NCBI GenBank assembly: GCA_964565875.1
Contig: CAZMGP010000001.1
Span: 123,747-187,746 of the forward strand
Direction: 5' to 3'
Length of the DNA: 64,000 nt
DNA from: an uncultured Enterobacteriaceae bacterium
Lineage (GTDB): Bacteria; Pseudomonadota; Gammaproteobacteria; Burkholderiales; SG8-39
Shown here: positions 1-8,774 of the stretch, piece after piece
Layout of the letters: each line of letters opens with the position of its first letter
How positions within the stretch are numbered: the stretch's first letter is position 1
The notes under the pieces: model-generated
The model's database searches: none
What the model was told of the DNA's origin: nothing
The model's input: the letters and a program-made list of their open reading frames with translations, nothing else
Program-made: the position numbers and the translations under genes

Positions 1-1
1 C

Positions 2-493
2 CAGATACCGCCGATACGGGAACGGCGCGACGACATCCCCGCACTCGCGTTCCATTTCCTCAAGGTGTTCAACGAAGAACTGGGCAAGAAGGTGACCGAA
101 TTCTCCGAGGGCGCGATGAGCGCGCTCGTGCACCACGACTGGCCCGGCAACGTGCGCGAACTGGAGAATACGGTACACCGCGCGGTGATCCTCGCCACCG
201 ATCAGGTGGTGCGTCAGGCGCATTTGACCAATATCGCCGAGGCACAGGCCGATGTCGACGTGCCCAAGACCAGCGACGAGCTGAAGCGGATCAAGAAGGC
301 CGCGCGGGAGAAATCAGTGGAGAACATCGAAAAGCTGTTCGTGCTCGAAGCACTCAAGCGCAATGCCTGGAACGTCACCAAGAGCGCCGAAGAGACCGGC
401 ATGCAGCGTGCAAACTTTCAGGCGCTGATGAAGAAATACGACATCCGCATCCGCGGTACGGAGCCCGACCCTGCCGGGTCGGCCAACGACTAG
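2..493 (+). CDS. sigma-54-dependent enhancer-binding transcriptional activator, C-terminal fragment (5' end outside window)
   Basis: The frame is open from the window edge. The translation carries DWPGNVRELEN, typical of the end of the bacterial EBP AAA+ domain. A Fis-type HTH follows (WNVTKSAEETGMQRANFQALMKKYDI). Confidence 0.9.
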   Translation, partial: QIPPIRERRDDIPALAFHFLKVFNEELGKKVTEFSEGAMSALVHHDWPGNVRELENTVHRAVILATDQVVRQAHLTNIAEAQADVDVPKTSDELKRIKKAAREKSVENIEKLFVLEALKRNAWNVTKSAEETGMQRANFQALMKKYDIRIRGTEPDPAGSAND

Positions 494-1078
494 GCATTAC
501 TCCCCTTACCTGCCCGCATTGCCCGCCGAGAACGCTCGGCGTGCAGCACACCTCCGCAACCTGAACGAGACGCCGTCCGTCGCCTAGAACGGAACGGCGT
601 ACGCGAGTTGCGTCCGCTGGTTTGGCGGCGCGGCGGGAGGCGGTGCGTCACGTATACCCGATAGCAAATCCCTTCTGCTGTCTGACGTGACAATTGTCAA
701 AACCTACTTGACGGCGGCAGATACCCTTACGCGGTAACTGTCGGGAGACGCAATGTCAAGTTGCCAAGAAGAAGACACGACGACAGGAGGAAAACCCCGC
801 GCGGGTGATCCACTCGCGCCGGCCTCGTTTCCCCGGCATTCAGCTTTCTCGTCACCTGCGTTAGGGGCGGAGTACCGACTCTGTGACGATCGCCGCCCCG
901 ACGCGTCGCGCACGCCCACGATCCGATTGCCATATTCGCCTGCTCGAACCGTCACGCAAACGGCATCGCGCCATGGCATTGCGCCACAGGGACAGTGTTG
1001 AATGCAGTCACTCGAGTTTCGCAAGATCCATTGGCCGTCGCGGCTTAAGCAGCGCCCAGTACCCTACGGAGGCACGAA

Positions 1079-2242
1079 ATGGTTTTGTTAATCGTCGTTG
1101 TCACGATCATCGTCTTTGTCCTGGTGGACTTTGCACTACGCGTGTATCTGGAACAAAGGCGCGAATTGAATCTGAGAAAGGAGCGCGAGCAAGCCCTCGA
1201 CATCGGCCTGAAGCTCGATGTCTCCAATGAGGCCAAGTCGCTCAAGCGCGTCGAAGTCAACGACCCGAAAGCGAGGATCCTGGCGGTCGACGACGAACCC
1301 ATCATCCTGGACAGTTTCCGCAAGATTCTCGTCGTCGCCGGCTATAGCATCGATACCGTCGAGCGGGGCAGCGAGGCACTCGGCCTGATCCTCAAGAACG
1401 ACTACGACTTCGTGTTTACCGACTTGAAGATGCCCGAAATGGACGGCTTGGAAGTGACCAAAGCGGTCAAGCACCTGCGTCCGGACATAGACGTGATCGT
1501 CATCACCGGCTATGCCTCGATCGAAACCGCAGTGGAAACGATGAAATTCGGCGCGATGGATTATGTGCAGAAACCGTTTACCGAAGATGAACTGATCGAG
1601 TTCTTCAACAAGTCCCTCATAAAACGCAAGGACCGCATCGAGCGGCAGATGAAGCCGACCGTACGTCTGATCACGCCGAGCATCCAGGAGTCCTCGTCGA
1701 AGCACGAGTTCAACGTGCCGGCGGGTGTCTTCGTCTCGAAAAACCACACCTGGGTCGACATCGAACTGAACGGCACGGCGCGCGTCGGCATCGACGACTT
1801 CGCGCGCAAGATCGTGAAGAAGATCGACCGGCTCGACTTGCCCAAGCCGAACAAGGAAATCAAGAAAGGCGATCCGCTGTTTTCGATTCACAACAATTCG
1901 CAGACGATAGCGGTCGCTTCTCCCATCAGCGGCAAGGTCACCCTGGTGAATACGGAACACATCGAGCATCCGGAATGGATCGTGTCGAAGCCCTTCGAGC
2001 TCTCCTGGATGTGCTGCGTAGAACCGTCCAATCTCGCGGAAGAGTTGCGCTCGCTGAAGATCGGCGTGGATACGATCAACTGGTACAAGGAAGAAATCGA
2101 CAAGTACAGCGAGATCGTGAAAGGCGTGGAGAAGGGCGCGCAGCAGCAGGCAGCGACGGGAAGCGCCGCCGACAAAGCGCAGACGCAAGGGTTGGAACAG
2201 AAAATTCTCGGAGAATTCGCCAATACTTTCCTCGCCAGATAG
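1079..2242 (+). CDS. membrane-anchored response-regulator receiver fused to a GcvH-like (lipoyl-fold) domain
   Basis: A GGAGG lies 7 nt upstream of the ATG. There is an N-terminal TM helix (VLLIVVVTIIVFVLVDFAL). The REC motifs are present (ILAVDDEP, FTDLKMPEMDG, YVQKPF). The C-terminus aligns by eye with glycine cleavage protein H (KNHTWVD..GTARVGIDDFA...SPISGKV). Confidence 0.85.
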   Translation: MVLLIVVVTIIVFVLVDFALRVYLEQRRELNLRKEREQALDIGLKLDVSNEAKSLKRVEVNDPKARILAVDDEPIILDSFRKILVVAGYSIDTVERGSEALGLILKNDYDFVFTDLKMPEMDGLEVTKAVKHLRPDIDVIVITGYASIETAVETMKFGAMDYVQKPFTEDELIEFFNKSLIKRKDRIERQMKPTVRLITPSIQESSSKHEFNVPAGVFVSKNHTWVDIELNGTARVGIDDFARKIVKKIDRLDLPKPNKEIKKGDPLFSIHNNSQTIAVASPISGKVTLVNTEHIEHPEWIVSKPFELSWMCCVEPSNLAEELRSLKIGVDTINWYKEEIDKYSEIVKGVEKGAQQQAATGSAADKAQTQGLEQKILGEFANTFLAR

Positions 2243-2300
2243 CGAACCCCTGGCGGGCGGGCCGCGTGACATTCAATCGCACAAGTGAATAGGGGTGGTC

Positions 2301-2759
2301 ATGCCTAGAAATCTCATCGTCGTGGCAGCAGCGCTGGTGTGGCTCGCCCTGGGCGTGCCCACGGTAGCGAGCGCAGTCGAGGTGCCGATCGATATCACGA
2401 TCCCCTCGTCGGTAGGCGAAGTGCTGTTTCGCCATCAAGCCCATATCAAGGATCGCTCCATCAACTGCGTCGAATGCCATCATCAGATTAACGCCAAGCA
2501 GTTGAAGACGCCGCACCCGGATTACTTCAATTCCTCCTGGATCAACTGCAAGACCTGTCACGAAGCGGGGGAAAAGGCCGCGCAGAAAGCCTTTGTCTGT
2601 TCGGAATGCCACCGCGCGACGCCGACCAACATCGCGGACGAAACGCTCAGTGCCAAGGTGGTCGTACACAAGCAATGCTGGAAATGCCATCCAGTGAGCT
2701 CAGGCAAGGACGCAAGCGCCGCCTGCGAGCTGTGCCATTTCGGCAAGAAACGCCTCTGA
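2301..2759 (+). CDS. periplasmic multihaem cytochrome c, c3-like, five CxxCH motifs
   Basis: There is a signal peptide (LIVVAAALVWLALGVPTVASA). The haem motifs are CVECH, CKTCH, CSECH, CWKCH and CELCH. The ORF track starts at GTG 2295; ATG 2301 has a purine-rich SD just upstream. Confidence 0.9.
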   Translation: MPRNLIVVAAALVWLALGVPTVASAVEVPIDITIPSSVGEVLFRHQAHIKDRSINCVECHHQINAKQLKTPHPDYFNSSWINCKTCHEAGEKAAQKAFVCSECHRATPTNIADETLSAKVVVHKQCWKCHPVSSGKDASAACELCHFGKKRL

Positions 2760-2798
2760 GCGATGCAGTCGCTAATCCGTCTTTAGATAGGGCAGATC

Positions 2799-3662
2799 AT
2801 GGACAGAAGACAGTTTCTAACGACATCGGCCGCTGCCGTGATACCGATCAAGGTCGCGAAAGCCGCCGCCAGCGAGGAAAAGAAGGAGTTCATCGGCGTC
2901 CTCGTCGACACCACGCGCTGCATAGGATGCAGATCGTGCGAGGTCGCGTGTTCGGTGGCGAACGGCAATTTCATTCCGGACGTGAAGACCGACGGCGCGC
3001 TGGAAAAAGTCCGGGATACCACCGAAAGGCAATTCACCGTGGTGAACCGATTCAAGACGGACAAAGGCGACGTGTTCGTCAAGCGACAATGCATGCATTG
3101 CTCGCAGCCGGCTTGCGCGGCGATGTGTCTGGTGAATGCGATGGCCAAGACCAAGGACGGGCCGGTCACCTGGGACGGCGACAAGTGCCTGGGATGCAGA
3201 TTCTGCATGGTTTCCTGCCCGTTCGATATTCCCAAAGCCGAGTATCTCTCGTGGAACCCGCGAATCATGAAGTGCAGCATGTGCTACGAGAGGCTGCAGG
3301 AAGGCAAGAAACCCGCGTGCGTGGAGGCCTGTCCGACTGACACCCTGATGTTCGGGCCGAAGCGCCAGCTCATGGAAATCGCGCGCCATCGCGTCTACAG
3401 CCATCCCGACAAGTACGTGCACCAGATCTACGGCGAGCACGAAGCCGGTGGCACCGGCTTTCTCTACTTGTCCGCCGTTCCGTTCAACCAGCTCGGCTTC
3501 AGGACCGATCTCGGCACCACACCCTACCCCGAGTACACCAAGCCGTTTCTGGTATCCGTGCCGCTCATACTTTTCGGCGTGCCCGCGTTGCTGCTCGGCT
3601 TGAGCGAGCTGACGGACAGAAAGAAGGAAGTGGGCGAACGCGAGGGTTGGACAAATGAATAA
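2799..3662 (+). CDS. Tat-exported four-cluster [4Fe-4S] ferredoxin subunit (HybA/NrfC/DmsB-like) with C-terminal TM anchor
   Basis: A twin-arginine leader is present (MDRRQFLTTSAAAV). There are four Cys cluster motifs (CIGCRSCEVAC, CMHCSQPACAAMC, CLGCRFCMVSCP, CSMCYERL..KPACVEACP). The tail is hydrophobic (FLVSVPLILFGVPALLLGL). Confidence 0.9.
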   Translation: MDRRQFLTTSAAAVIPIKVAKAAASEEKKEFIGVLVDTTRCIGCRSCEVACSVANGNFIPDVKTDGALEKVRDTTERQFTVVNRFKTDKGDVFVKRQCMHCSQPACAAMCLVNAMAKTKDGPVTWDGDKCLGCRFCMVSCPFDIPKAEYLSWNPRIMKCSMCYERLQEGKKPACVEACPTDTLMFGPKRQLMEIARHRVYSHPDKYVHQIYGEHEAGGTGFLYLSAVPFNQLGFRTDLGTTPYPEYTKPFLVSVPLILFGVPALLLGLSELTDRKKEVGEREGWTNE

Positions 3663-4851
3663 TTCAGCGGTGGTCAGCGGCGAAGTTAGCAGGCTGTTCA
3701 AGTTCTTCCTGCAGGAGCTGAAACCGAAAGGCAAGTGGCTGACGCCCTTCAACATCATCTCCATTCCGATCATGCTCGCGGGCCTGGTGATCCTGGTGCT
3801 GCGCTTCATCTACGGCATCGGCTCGGTCACCAATCTCAATCAGCAATATCCCCTGGGGATCTGGGTCGGATTCGACGTGGTCACCGGGGTGGCGCTTGCC
3901 GGCGGCTCCTACGTCATCTGCTTCGTCGTCTACGTGATGCGAATGGATAAATATCATTCGATCGCGCGCGCCACCGTCCTGAACGGCCTGTTGGCCTACG
4001 TCTTCTATGCCGGAGCCTTGACGCTCGACCTTGGGCGGCCTTGGCATATGGTCAACCCGATCATCGGCAACTCCTACGGCTACAACTCGGTGCTGTTCCT
4101 GGTCTCGTGGCACTTCTTGCTCTACATGTTCGCCCAGTTCGTGGAGTTCTCCCCGGTCATCGCCGAGTGGGCGCACCTGGAGAAACTGCGCAAGTTCCTG
4201 TCCAGCCTGACCCTCGGCGCAGTGATATTCGGCATCACCCTGTCGCTGCTGCACCAATCCGGCCTGGGCGCGCTGTTCCTGATGGCGAAGCCGAAGATCC
4301 ATCCGTTGTGGTACTCGGAATTCATTCCGATCCTCTTCTTCGTGTCGAGCATCTACGCCGGCTTGGCGATGATCATCTTCGAGGGCACGATCAGCCACAA
4401 GGTATTCAAGGACTTGATCGCCGGCCACGATCACCGTCACTACGAAGAAATCGTGCTCGGTTTGGGCAAAGGGGCGGCGATCACCATGTTCGTCTACTAT
4501 TTCTTCCAGGCCCTGCTGTTCATCCACGAAAAGCGCTGGGCGCTGATTACCGACTTCTGGGGCTACTGGTATCTGTTCGAGGTGATCGGCTTCGTACTCA
4601 TTCCCTGTTTCATGTTCGCTTACGCGACCAGGAACCGGAACCTCGGCATCATGCGCGTCGCCTCCGTCATGGCGCTGCTGGGGATCATTCTTAATCGCCT
4701 GAATGTCACCGTGATCGCCTACCGCTGGTACGACGTGGAGAAATACTATCCGTCGGCAGGCGAGTACATCGTGACCTTGATGGTGGTGTTCACGGAAATC
4801 TGGGTGTTCCGCTGGATAGTCACCAGAATGCCCGTGTTCACCAAAGATTAG
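3655..4851 (+). CDS. NrfD/HybB-type polytopic membrane quinone-interacting subunit
   Basis: The start overlaps the stop of the FeS gene (ATGAATAA). The 398-aa protein has many predicted TM helices. Its position after an HybA-like FeS protein is typical of NrfD-family complexes. Confidence 0.85.
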   Translation: MNNSAVVSGEVSRLFKFFLQELKPKGKWLTPFNIISIPIMLAGLVILVLRFIYGIGSVTNLNQQYPLGIWVGFDVVTGVALAGGSYVICFVVYVMRMDKYHSIARATVLNGLLAYVFYAGALTLDLGRPWHMVNPIIGNSYGYNSVLFLVSWHFLLYMFAQFVEFSPVIAEWAHLEKLRKFLSSLTLGAVIFGITLSLLHQSGLGALFLMAKPKIHPLWYSEFIPILFFVSSIYAGLAMIIFEGTISHKVFKDLIAGHDHRHYEEIVLGLGKGAAITMFVYYFFQALLFIHEKRWALITDFWGYWYLFEVIGFVLIPCFMFAYATRNRNLGIMRVASVMALLGIILNRLNVTVIAYRWYDVEKYYPSAGEYIVTLMVVFTEIWVFRWIVTRMPVFTKD

Positions 4852-4865
4852 CCGGAGGATAGTCA

Positions 4866-4994
4866 ATGGAATACTACAGTTACGTCAACATCTTCGAAAC
4901 CAAGGGCCTGGAATACCTGCTGCTGTTGTCGTTCTTGGTGCTCGGCGGCTTGCTGATCAGATATCTCTCCGCTCCGGAAAAGAAGGACAAGTGA
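4866..4994 (+). CDS. 42-aa single-TM small protein (too short for the ORF track)
   Basis: A GGAGGA lies 7 nt upstream of the ATG and 15 nt after the NrfD-like stop. My translation is MEYYSYVNIFETKGLEYLLLLSFLVLGGLLIRYLSAPEKKDK. It has one hydrophobic helix and a basic tail. Confidence 0.55.
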   Translation: MEYYSYVNIFETKGLEYLLLLSFLVLGGLLIRYLSAPEKKDK

Positions 4995-5052
4995 TTCGGC
5001 AGTTGCCGCACAGCGCCAGGTCGCGGGCGCAGTCCGGGCGCCCGCAAACGAA

Positions 5053-6924
5053 ATGACCTTAGGCGAAACAAAGATCGGCTTGAAGCTGATCGTGGCGGTG
5101 GCGGTTGTCACCATCGTCATCATCGGCGCCTTTTCCTACTTCAGCATCCGTGCGCAAAGCGAGGCCTTGCTGTCGCAGGCGGGCATCCACGCCAACAAGC
5201 TGAGCGACGCGATAAAGAACGCGACCCGCAGCGGCATGCTGGAAAACCGCAAGGAAGAGGTTCATTCCATCATCAAGACCGTTTCGCACGAACCGAGCAT
5301 TACGGAAATCAGGATTTTCAACAAAGAAGGGGTCGTCAGCTTTTCCTCCCGCGAAAACTCGATCGGCAAGATGGTGGATAAGCGTGCCGAAAGCTGCTAC
5401 GCCTGCCACACGGAGAACGCGCCGCTGCAAAAGCTTCCCATCGCCGAACGAATGCGCATTTACAAGATCAGCCAGGATTCGCCGCGCATCCTCGCGGTGA
5501 TCAATCCGATCTACAACGAGCCGTCGTGCTCGCAGGCGAGCTGCCACGCGCACACCAAGGACCAGACCGTGCTGGGCGTGCTCGACATCAAAATGGACTT
5601 GAAGGATGTCGATCGCCAGATCGAGGACAGCAAGTTCCGCTTGATCGTTTTTGCGGCGATCGCCATTCTGGCCTTCAGTTTCTTGCTCGCTTATTTCGTC
5701 AGGAAATGGGTCGGCAAACCGGTCACGGAATTGGTGAAGGCGACCAATCAGGTGAGTTCGGGCAATTTGAGCTACACCATCGACAATCCGGGAAAGGACG
5801 AACTCGGCGCGTTGGCAAGGTCGTTCAACAAGATGACCAAGAGCCTGGCAGAAGCCAAGGCGCAGCTGTTTCAAGCCGACAAAATGGCTTCCCTCGGCAG
5901 ACTCGCCGCGGGCGTCGCGCACGAGATCAACAATCCGCTGACGGGCGTCCTGACCCACAGCAGTTTCCTGCTCAAGCGCACCAAGGACAATCCGGAATTG
6001 CAGGAGAGCCTGGAAGTCATCGTTCGCGAGACCATCCGCAGCAGGGAAATCGTCAAGGGACTGCTCGATTTTTCGCGGCAGTCGGTACCGAAGAAGCACA
6101 GCGCCGACATCAACAAGATCATCAAGAATGCGATCGACGTGGTCGCAACGCAGCTACTGCTCAAGCATATTGCGCTCGACGGCCGTTTCGATGCTTCGCT
6201 GCCGGAAATAACAGTCGACGCAAATCAGATTCAGCAGGTATTCATCAACTTGCTGGTGAATGCGGCGGACGCAATCGGGGATAACGGCGGTGAAATAGCG
6301 ATCGTTCCGTCCTTGATTTCGCTGGCGCCGCACGGTTTGGCGCAGATCAAGGCGGCCGTATGCCCGAAGCACCACGACCTGCTGGATAACGACGTGAGGT
6401 GTTACGGATTGCCGACCGTCAAAGTCAAAGTGCTCGCAAACGGGAACGAAGGCGTCGTCAATCTGGACCCAGTCTACGGCAAACACAGACATCAGTACGG
6501 AATCGAAATTGGCAATGCGAAAGATCAGAAGATTCTATGTCCGCAGTGCAATACCTCGTTGATCGAGGAGGGCGTGAAATGTCCGAAATGCGCGTCCTCG
6601 GTGTATGGTTTCGAAGTGCCGCCGCACGGAATCTTCGAAGGCTGCGCGAACCCGGATTGCGATTGGCAACGCTGGCAAGTGCTGGATGAAGCGGGCCACA
6701 AAGATTACATCGAGGTGAGAGTAAAGGATAACGGGCAAGGTATTCCGCCGGAAGATTTGGCGCGAATATTCGAACCGTTCTACACCACCAAAGGGCAATT
6801 CGGAACCGGCCTCGGGCTTGCGATCACATGGGGAATCATAGATAATCATCACGGCACGATTAATGTAGAAAGTGACGCAGGGAAGGGAACTACATTCATC
6901 GTTCATCTGCCGCTGCAAGCGTGA
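5053..6924 (+). CDS. sensor histidine kinase with periplasmic haem-c motif(s), HAMP domain and a Cys-rich insertion in the ATPase domain
   Basis: Two TM helices flank a ~170-aa periplasmic domain containing CYACH (nt 5395-5409) and CSQASCH. HAMP is present (GNLSYTIDNPGKDELGALARSFNKM), as are the H-box (AAGVAHEINNPL), N-box (INLLVNAADAI), and G1/G2 boxes (DNGQGIP, GTGLGLAI). About 130 extra residues sit between the N and G1 boxes. Confidence 0.9.
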   Translation: MTLGETKIGLKLIVAVAVVTIVIIGAFSYFSIRAQSEALLSQAGIHANKLSDAIKNATRSGMLENRKEEVHSIIKTVSHEPSITEIRIFNKEGVVSFSSRENSIGKMVDKRAESCYACHTENAPLQKLPIAERMRIYKISQDSPRILAVINPIYNEPSCSQASCHAHTKDQTVLGVLDIKMDLKDVDRQIEDSKFRLIVFAAIAILAFSFLLAYFVRKWVGKPVTELVKATNQVSSGNLSYTIDNPGKDELGALARSFNKMTKSLAEAKAQLFQADKMASLGRLAAGVAHEINNPLTGVLTHSSFLLKRTKDNPELQESLEVIVRETIRSREIVKGLLDFSRQSVPKKHSADINKIIKNAIDVVATQLLLKHIALDGRFDASLPEITVDANQIQQVFINLLVNAADAIGDNGGEIAIVPSLISLAPHGLAQIKAAVCPKHHDLLDNDVRCYGLPTVKVKVLANGNEGVVNLDPVYGKHRHQYGIEIGNAKDQKILCPQCNTSLIEEGVKCPKCASSVYGFEVPPHGIFEGCANPDCDWQRWQVLDEAGHKDYIEVRVKDNGQGIPPEDLARIFEPFYTTKGQFGTGLGLAITWGIIDNHHGTINVESDAGKGTTFIVHLPLQA

Positions 6925-7385
6925 TCGCGGCCGCGGCAGAAGAGTCAAGAAGTCGCTAGTGCCCGATGCAGCTAACACAGCTGATCCCTCAAAGATCCCA
7001 ATGGGTCGCATGCTTCCGCAGCCTATCGCAATAATCGCGATGGAGTGCGCGACTCGAGATTTCCTGCCGCCCGCGAAAGCAGGATCCGCCAATTCGGCAG
7101 CACCACGTCCCGCAGCGTTCCCTGCCGGAACCGTCGGACGCGGCTCCATCACCTTGCCCGATTTCGTTCGGCGGGTTCATCTCAACTAAATCACCTCGAG
7201 AGACCGACGCGAGCAAAGCGATGCCGCAGCGCGAGCAGGCAAATTTGAAATGGATAAGCGACAGGGAAAGACCGTATTCCCCGGCAAGGGCAAAGGACGG
7301 AGCTGTTAGCGCTTCGATGCGGACGCTAACCTGGCTGTGGACATCGGATTCACGTTTATACGACATGCAATCATAGAGGGCTGAA

Positions 7386-8711
7386 ATGGCGACTTGGCGC
7401 AGAAGACGCAACGCGATCGGAACGAAGTTTTGCATCAACTCAATCTCGGCCGTGGCGCACGCGTTGGCGGCGGCAGTGCTCGCGCTTGCGAGCCTCACCG
7501 CCGTGGCGGCCGCCGGCCAGATATCCCAAGCCGATCAGCAGTGCCTGGGCTGCCACGGGACCAAAGGCATGGAGACGAAAGCGGCCGATGGCGATACTTT
7601 GTCCTTGTATGTGCAAGCCGACCTGTTCGCGAAATCGGTTCACAGCATGATCGGCTGCGCCGTCTGCCACGGCGACGCCACGCTGGCGAACCACCCTCCG
7701 CTCAAGAAGAAGATCGCGAGCGTCCGCGAGCACTCGCTCGAATTGACGAAGGTCTGCTCGTCTTGCCACGGTGCCATTGCCAAACAGTACCAGGGCAGCA
7801 TCCACGCCACGCTATTGCGTAACGGCGTCTCGGTCGCGCCGGTCTGCAGCGATTGCCACAGCCCGCACGCGGTGATGGCGAAAGCCGCCTACGACGCCGC
7901 GAGCGGGGCGCCCTGCAGCAAGTGCCACGATTCCATCTTCGGCGCCTATAAGGGCAGCGTGCACGGCAAGGCCACGCTTGCCTGCTCGAACTGCCATAAG
8001 TCGCATGACGTGAGCCCCGCGGCGGGCGAGGACAAGCTGAAGAACGCCTGCCTCGGTTGCCATCCGGACGCGTTGACGGCGCACCAGACTTGGCTGCCGA
8101 ATTCCGAGCGGCACTTCGACGCGGTGTCCTGTCCCGCGTGCCACGTGCCGGGAGCGAAGCGCAAGGTCGACCTCAGGCTCTACGACAATGTGGCGCAGCG
8201 GCGCGTCGCCGAAAGAGAGGGCGTGCCGCAATTCGAAAGTCGGGTGCGTTCAGCAGACGCGAAGGGCGTCGGACTGGATGCGATGGCACTGCACAGCCTG
8301 CTGCGCGAATTCGGCCGCGACCGCGGCGACAGCAAAATGACCCTGCGCGGCCGGCTGGAAGTCGCGAACGGCGTCGAGGCGCATCAACTTACGCGCAAGG
8401 ACCAGGCGATTCGCGATTGCACCAAATGCCACCAGCAAGGCGCCGATCCGTTTCAGAGCGTGACCGTTTCCATCGTCGGACCCGACGGCCGGCCGGTGCG
8501 CTACGGTGCGCAAAAAGAAGTGCTGAATTCGATCATATCGGTGGATTCGGTGAGCGGGTTCTACGCCATCGGCGGCACCCGGATCAAGCTGCTGGATGCG
8601 CTGCTCGTCCTCGCGCTGATGGGCGGCTTCGGCGTGCCGATCGGCCATGCGACGGTGAGATGGTTGTTCAAGAAATACGCGAAGAAGATCAGCGGAAAAG
8701 AAGACTCCTGA
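7386..8711 (+). CDS. nine-haem c-type cytochrome with C-terminal membrane anchor
   Basis: There is a signal peptide and nine CxxCH motifs (CLGCH, CAVCH, CSSCH, CSDCH, CSKCH, CSNCH, CLGCH, CPACH, CTKCH). A C-terminal TM helix follows (LLDALLVLALMGGFGVPIG). Confidence 0.9.
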   Translation: MATWRRRRNAIGTKFCINSISAVAHALAAAVLALASLTAVAAAGQISQADQQCLGCHGTKGMETKAADGDTLSLYVQADLFAKSVHSMIGCAVCHGDATLANHPPLKKKIASVREHSLELTKVCSSCHGAIAKQYQGSIHATLLRNGVSVAPVCSDCHSPHAVMAKAAYDAASGAPCSKCHDSIFGAYKGSVHGKATLACSNCHKSHDVSPAAGEDKLKNACLGCHPDALTAHQTWLPNSERHFDAVSCPACHVPGAKRKVDLRLYDNVAQRRVAEREGVPQFESRVRSADAKGVGLDAMALHSLLREFGRDRGDSKMTLRGRLEVANGVEAHQLTRKDQAIRDCTKCHQQGADPFQSVTVSIVGPDGRPVRYGAQKEVLNSIISVDSVSGFYAIGGTRIKLLDALLVLALMGGFGVPIGHATVRWLFKKYAKKISGKEDS

Positions 8712-8774
8712 GGTCGAAGACCCGGATCCTCTCGAGTTGCCACGCCGACCGCACACAGTTAAAGGAACTTCGCA

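Noticed and set aside
688-699. TGACAATTGTCA considered as a CusR/CopR-type copper box.
   Set aside because: The E. coli-type box has a 2-nt spacer between the TGACAA and TTGTCA halves. This site has none and lies 48 kb from the copper genes.
2251-2265. A GG-N10-GC match (TGGCGGGCGGGCCGC) upstream of the pentahaem cytochrome gene, considered as a second sigma-54 promoter.
   Set aside because: Only the invariant dinucleotides match, and there is no TTGC at -12. In GC-rich DNA such spacing arises by chance.
1136-2272. Long antisense or alternative-frame ORFs throughout the window. Examples are 1136-2272(-), 3664-4866(-), 5059-6099(-), 19711-21414(-), 22373-24016(-), 30603-32342(+) and 53841-56312(-).
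   Set aside because: They lie opposite to, or out of frame with, genes that have clear family motifs. They are Arg/Ala/Pro/Gly/His-rich and show no recognisable domain. This is the expected stop-codon paucity of a GC-rich genome.
5023-5045. A GC hairpin (GCGGGCGC..GCGCCCGC) between the 42-aa ORF and the kinase gene, considered as a terminator.
   Set aside because: No U-tract follows, and the kinase ATG is 8 nt downstream. It is more likely a neutral GC palindrome or at most a weak attenuator.
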